From Marsupella aquatica (taxonomy: Eukaryota; Plantae; Marchantiophyta): a stretch of DNA of 64,000 bases. How positions within the stretch are numbered: position 1 is the first letter of the stretch; every line of letters begins with the position of its first letter. The translations under genes were made by a program, and so were the position numbers. Shown here piece after piece: positions 60,998 to 64,000 of this stretch. The notes under the pieces are model-generated. The model ran no database searches, was not told the DNA's origin, and saw only the letters and a program-made list of their open reading frames with translations. The stretch spans positions 10,385,874 to 10,449,873 of the forward strand of contig OZ316894.1 in the NCBI GenBank assembly GCA_973895155.1, in the 5' to 3' direction.

Positions 60998-61026
<29 letters not shown>
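60998..61026. repeat. (AT)n microsatellite
   Basis: ~14 AT units after an A tract. Confidence 0.95.
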
Positions 61027-61030
<4 letters not shown>

Positions 61031-64000
61031 TTTGAAAAATCAGGTGTTATCCACGCAATGAAAAAGTCACGGCCCCCTTCTCGTGTCGGCAGCTTTTAGT
61101 ATGACTAGCTATAAGTTAATTTACGCAAAATGGTTGTGATGTGGGTTCTCGTGTACTCGAGTTCCTTGTAGGCTGTCACGTACTTACTTCTGGTTCCCAC
61201 GGGCCAGTCGTTGAAGGGCAGACGATGAGACTTTCCCGATGAGACTTTCGCCACTCAGGCTTCCCTTGGCACATGCTAAAAAAATGGCTGCATTCTAAAC
61301 CGTAGTGAGGGAAGCTTTAGGTTACTCTTAGCAGTTGTGTAATAGAGTTCATGACTTTATACTTACTATCAACTTACGGGATGACCCTAGTTGTGTTGAT
61401 TTTGGCTTGACCTTCAATATATACGGACCCGCATGCATGCCTGGGAAGCTCTTTCCAAAATTCCAGAGCTCGGTCCAAATTTCCAGGCACCAAGTGGAGC
61501 CACAACTGACATCACAGCAGATCACCGCACGACGAAAGATCATTATCTCTGCTCCAAAGCAGACCGTCTCCCACAAACGAGATGCCAAAACAACTTACAA
61601 ACTTGTCCCATTGCGTTCTGAAGTAAGCACCATTCCTCCCGATTCATCCATTTCACAAGCAAAAGGCTCAAACCAGATAGCACGCATGCTGCACTCTAAC
61701 TTCATCAGCACAATACTAATTGTATTCACAGAATCTACTCTGCACCAAGGCCCCACCGGGCGCCGAGAAAGCTCAGCATCCCTGGCAGGCCTCATCAAAA
61801 TGAGAATCTGCTCCAATGCGCACCAGCAATTACTCCTCCCTTCCCGATCATAAAGCAGTTAAAAGTGCCAAAAACAGGACCGAACGACAACAGGATCAAC
61901 CAAGTTCGTCCGGAAACTCAGGCCCCTTCCGACTCAATTCCTCATTTCCTCCATTCTCACTATATGCACGACAAGTCACAGGATACTTTGTCGCCCCCGC
62001 CCTTCCGCTCAGTGTCCAAAATTCCTGGTCATGCTCCGAAAAATTAATCACCAGGCAAGAAAGCAAATGTCAAGCCAGCGACAGAAATCCAGCAGCAGCA
62101 AGCTTCCAAAGCGAAGCTCACCAAAACCAACGCTCCGCAGAAGTCCCTGATCTTTGTATTTACGTTTGACCAATTTGATCCAATGCTGTGTAAGATTCCA
62201 ACTCGGACCTGTGCTGTGCAAGATCGCTCACTTGCCTGAAACTTTCACGATTCTAACGCCGACGCATTCATATGAAAGCTCTGCCCCTTGCGAATACAAT
62301 GCAGCCTTAAGCACTACGAACTGTCAATCGACGAAACGGCTACGTCTTTCCTCATGCCCACGACCTTCTCACCCAAGCACTGAAATTACAAGCTCCATCG
62401 TCGTCCTCCCCAGCACTTCGCAGCGCAGCCTACTAGTGGGGGCTAGCTCTATCAACGGGTCTTTTAGGTGACTAAGTACATGGGAATGATTATATATGTT
62501 TTTATTAACTTTCTCACGTACCCGTTCTTTTTTCTATAGTCAATATTTCCATAATCCAAAACTTTTTCTTGCTATTGTTTTCTCTTCACTGCCATTGGAT
62601 CTGGCTTGGCTTTCTGTTGCCAGATCCAGAAAAGTTATTCACTCTCTTCACTGTTCACTGGATTGAGTGTTATCCAAGAATTGGTGTTAGTACAAAATCG
62701 GCAGCACTAATTGTGGTGAACTTGATCTAGAGTCCAGATCGAGTAACACTAATAGGCCTTTCAAATTAGTGTCTTTCCACTTTTGCTTAAACTGCAAAAA
62801 TTGAGTGATCTCGAGTCCAGATTAACATCACTTCTTGTGGATCTTTCATGTTTTTTTTCCTTCATTTTTTGTATTCTTGAGACCAAACAACACTATGTCC
62901 TGTTTGCAAAATTAGTATAACACTGATTCATGGGTAAAGCCCCACATTTTATGCACATTAACACTGATTATGGTGAACATTGTAGTTATTATCCTGAGCG
63001 TTCTTATCTATTCAAAATGAACTCATGATTCTGTCTATGCTGGTGACCTTTCTGGTGTGTTATTGGATCTTTGGGTTGAGTGACCCTGCATTTTGTGTAA
63101 CTGTAGTTGGACTCCACTTCGGCTGTGGGGTAGGGGCTCTAGGTTTTGCCCAATCCGTCTCTTCAGGTCTTGTTGATCTACTTGAATAAATGACATCAAA
63201 CATTTTGGACCCACCTACTAGTTACATTTGTGCTTCAACTTCTTGTTTTGAAGCTAGACAAATCGAACTTTAGAATAGAAACTGCAGTCAGCTAAGGGCT
63301 ATGGTTTAGAATGGCAAAGCTAGCTTTAGAAATGAAGCTGCAGTCAAAAAGGGGCTGTGGTTGAGACAAAAGCCTCTAGCCCGTGAATCTAGCCAGGCAG
63401 GGGCAACAACAAAACAGATCCACGTGCACCGGAATTGAAATGAGCTTCCTTTTGTTATCACCAATTGCCTTGAGGAGATTTTCGTGTGGCTATCATTTGA
63501 GCATTCATGAACCATTTTCCAACTTTTCGAAATGAATTCAAGAGGAGATCGTGGTATAACCCCCCGGCCAGTCTGGCCCTATGGTATTGCAATTCAACAC
63601 AGCTATTACTTATAGCTTTCTCACTGATCCCACTGGTCCGCTCATTCGAAAGCAATGTACACATTCAAATTTGCAAGTGACCATCTGAGCTGTGGAATCA
63701 ATGTGCTTAAGTATAATCTTGGACGTCCAGGCAGGTCTCTCACCAGGTCATTTGTTGAATTGAAGGGCGGGGCGAAGTTGGAAAGAGGTGGGGCTGGGCT
63801 GCCGTACTTGGGATAGAGGGGAACAGTGGGGGACCAAACCGTTTTTTACTATGGTGAGCCAAGCCCACCATAGATGATCCCAGTGCTCTGTTTGGCACAC
63901 AGGTGAGAGTCCTCTCAAGTAGAGCAACGAGTTTTAGTGGTTCGCTTTTAAAATTCTAGGAAATGAGAGGAAAGTCAGAAGATACTGAACGGGTGCCTCG

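Noticed and set aside
61620-61720. C/D snoRNA or conserved miRNA (TGATGA on the minus strand)
   Set aside because: No box D or terminal stem at a suitable distance, and no match to conserved plant miRNAs I can recall.
57500-64000. Short ORFs (60-172 aa) as genes
   Set aside because: No recognisable domains or coherent exon chain; the region looks intergenic/UTR with simple repeats, though a non-coding or weakly conserved gene cannot be excluded.

Overview
Eukaryotic land-plant-type genomic DNA (probably a non-seed plant; inferred from the TE families and gene structure). Two inverted, tail-to-tail copies of a small two-exon secreted-protein gene (SPH/S1-like) form ~1.9-2.3 kb inverted arms at 1-2308 and 55067-56934. 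The ~53 kb between them is almost entirely nested transposons, most resolvable by termini, TSDs and restored reading frames. (1) A decayed L1-type LINE is split by a 4-bp-TSD TIR element and by an 11.9-kb DNA transposon with CCCTGGGCCC termini, an 8-bp TSD and an open spliced P-element-like transposase. (2) A 1.07-kb non-autonomous element shares the P-like termini. (3) Several 2.5-4.4 kb TG...CA, 5-bp-TSD solo-LTR-like elements each carry a long ORF. (4) A decayed element has F-box-like and ParB-like remnants and a hairpin array. (5) A full-length decayed Ty1/Copia carries four nested insertions. Most notable: the P-like autonomous/non-autonomous pair, the protein-coding solo-LTR-like elements, and a recurrent 4-bp insertion signature XY -> XY.rc(XY).XY seen 9 times between paralogous copies. 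All alignments were done by eye; no database searches were run.
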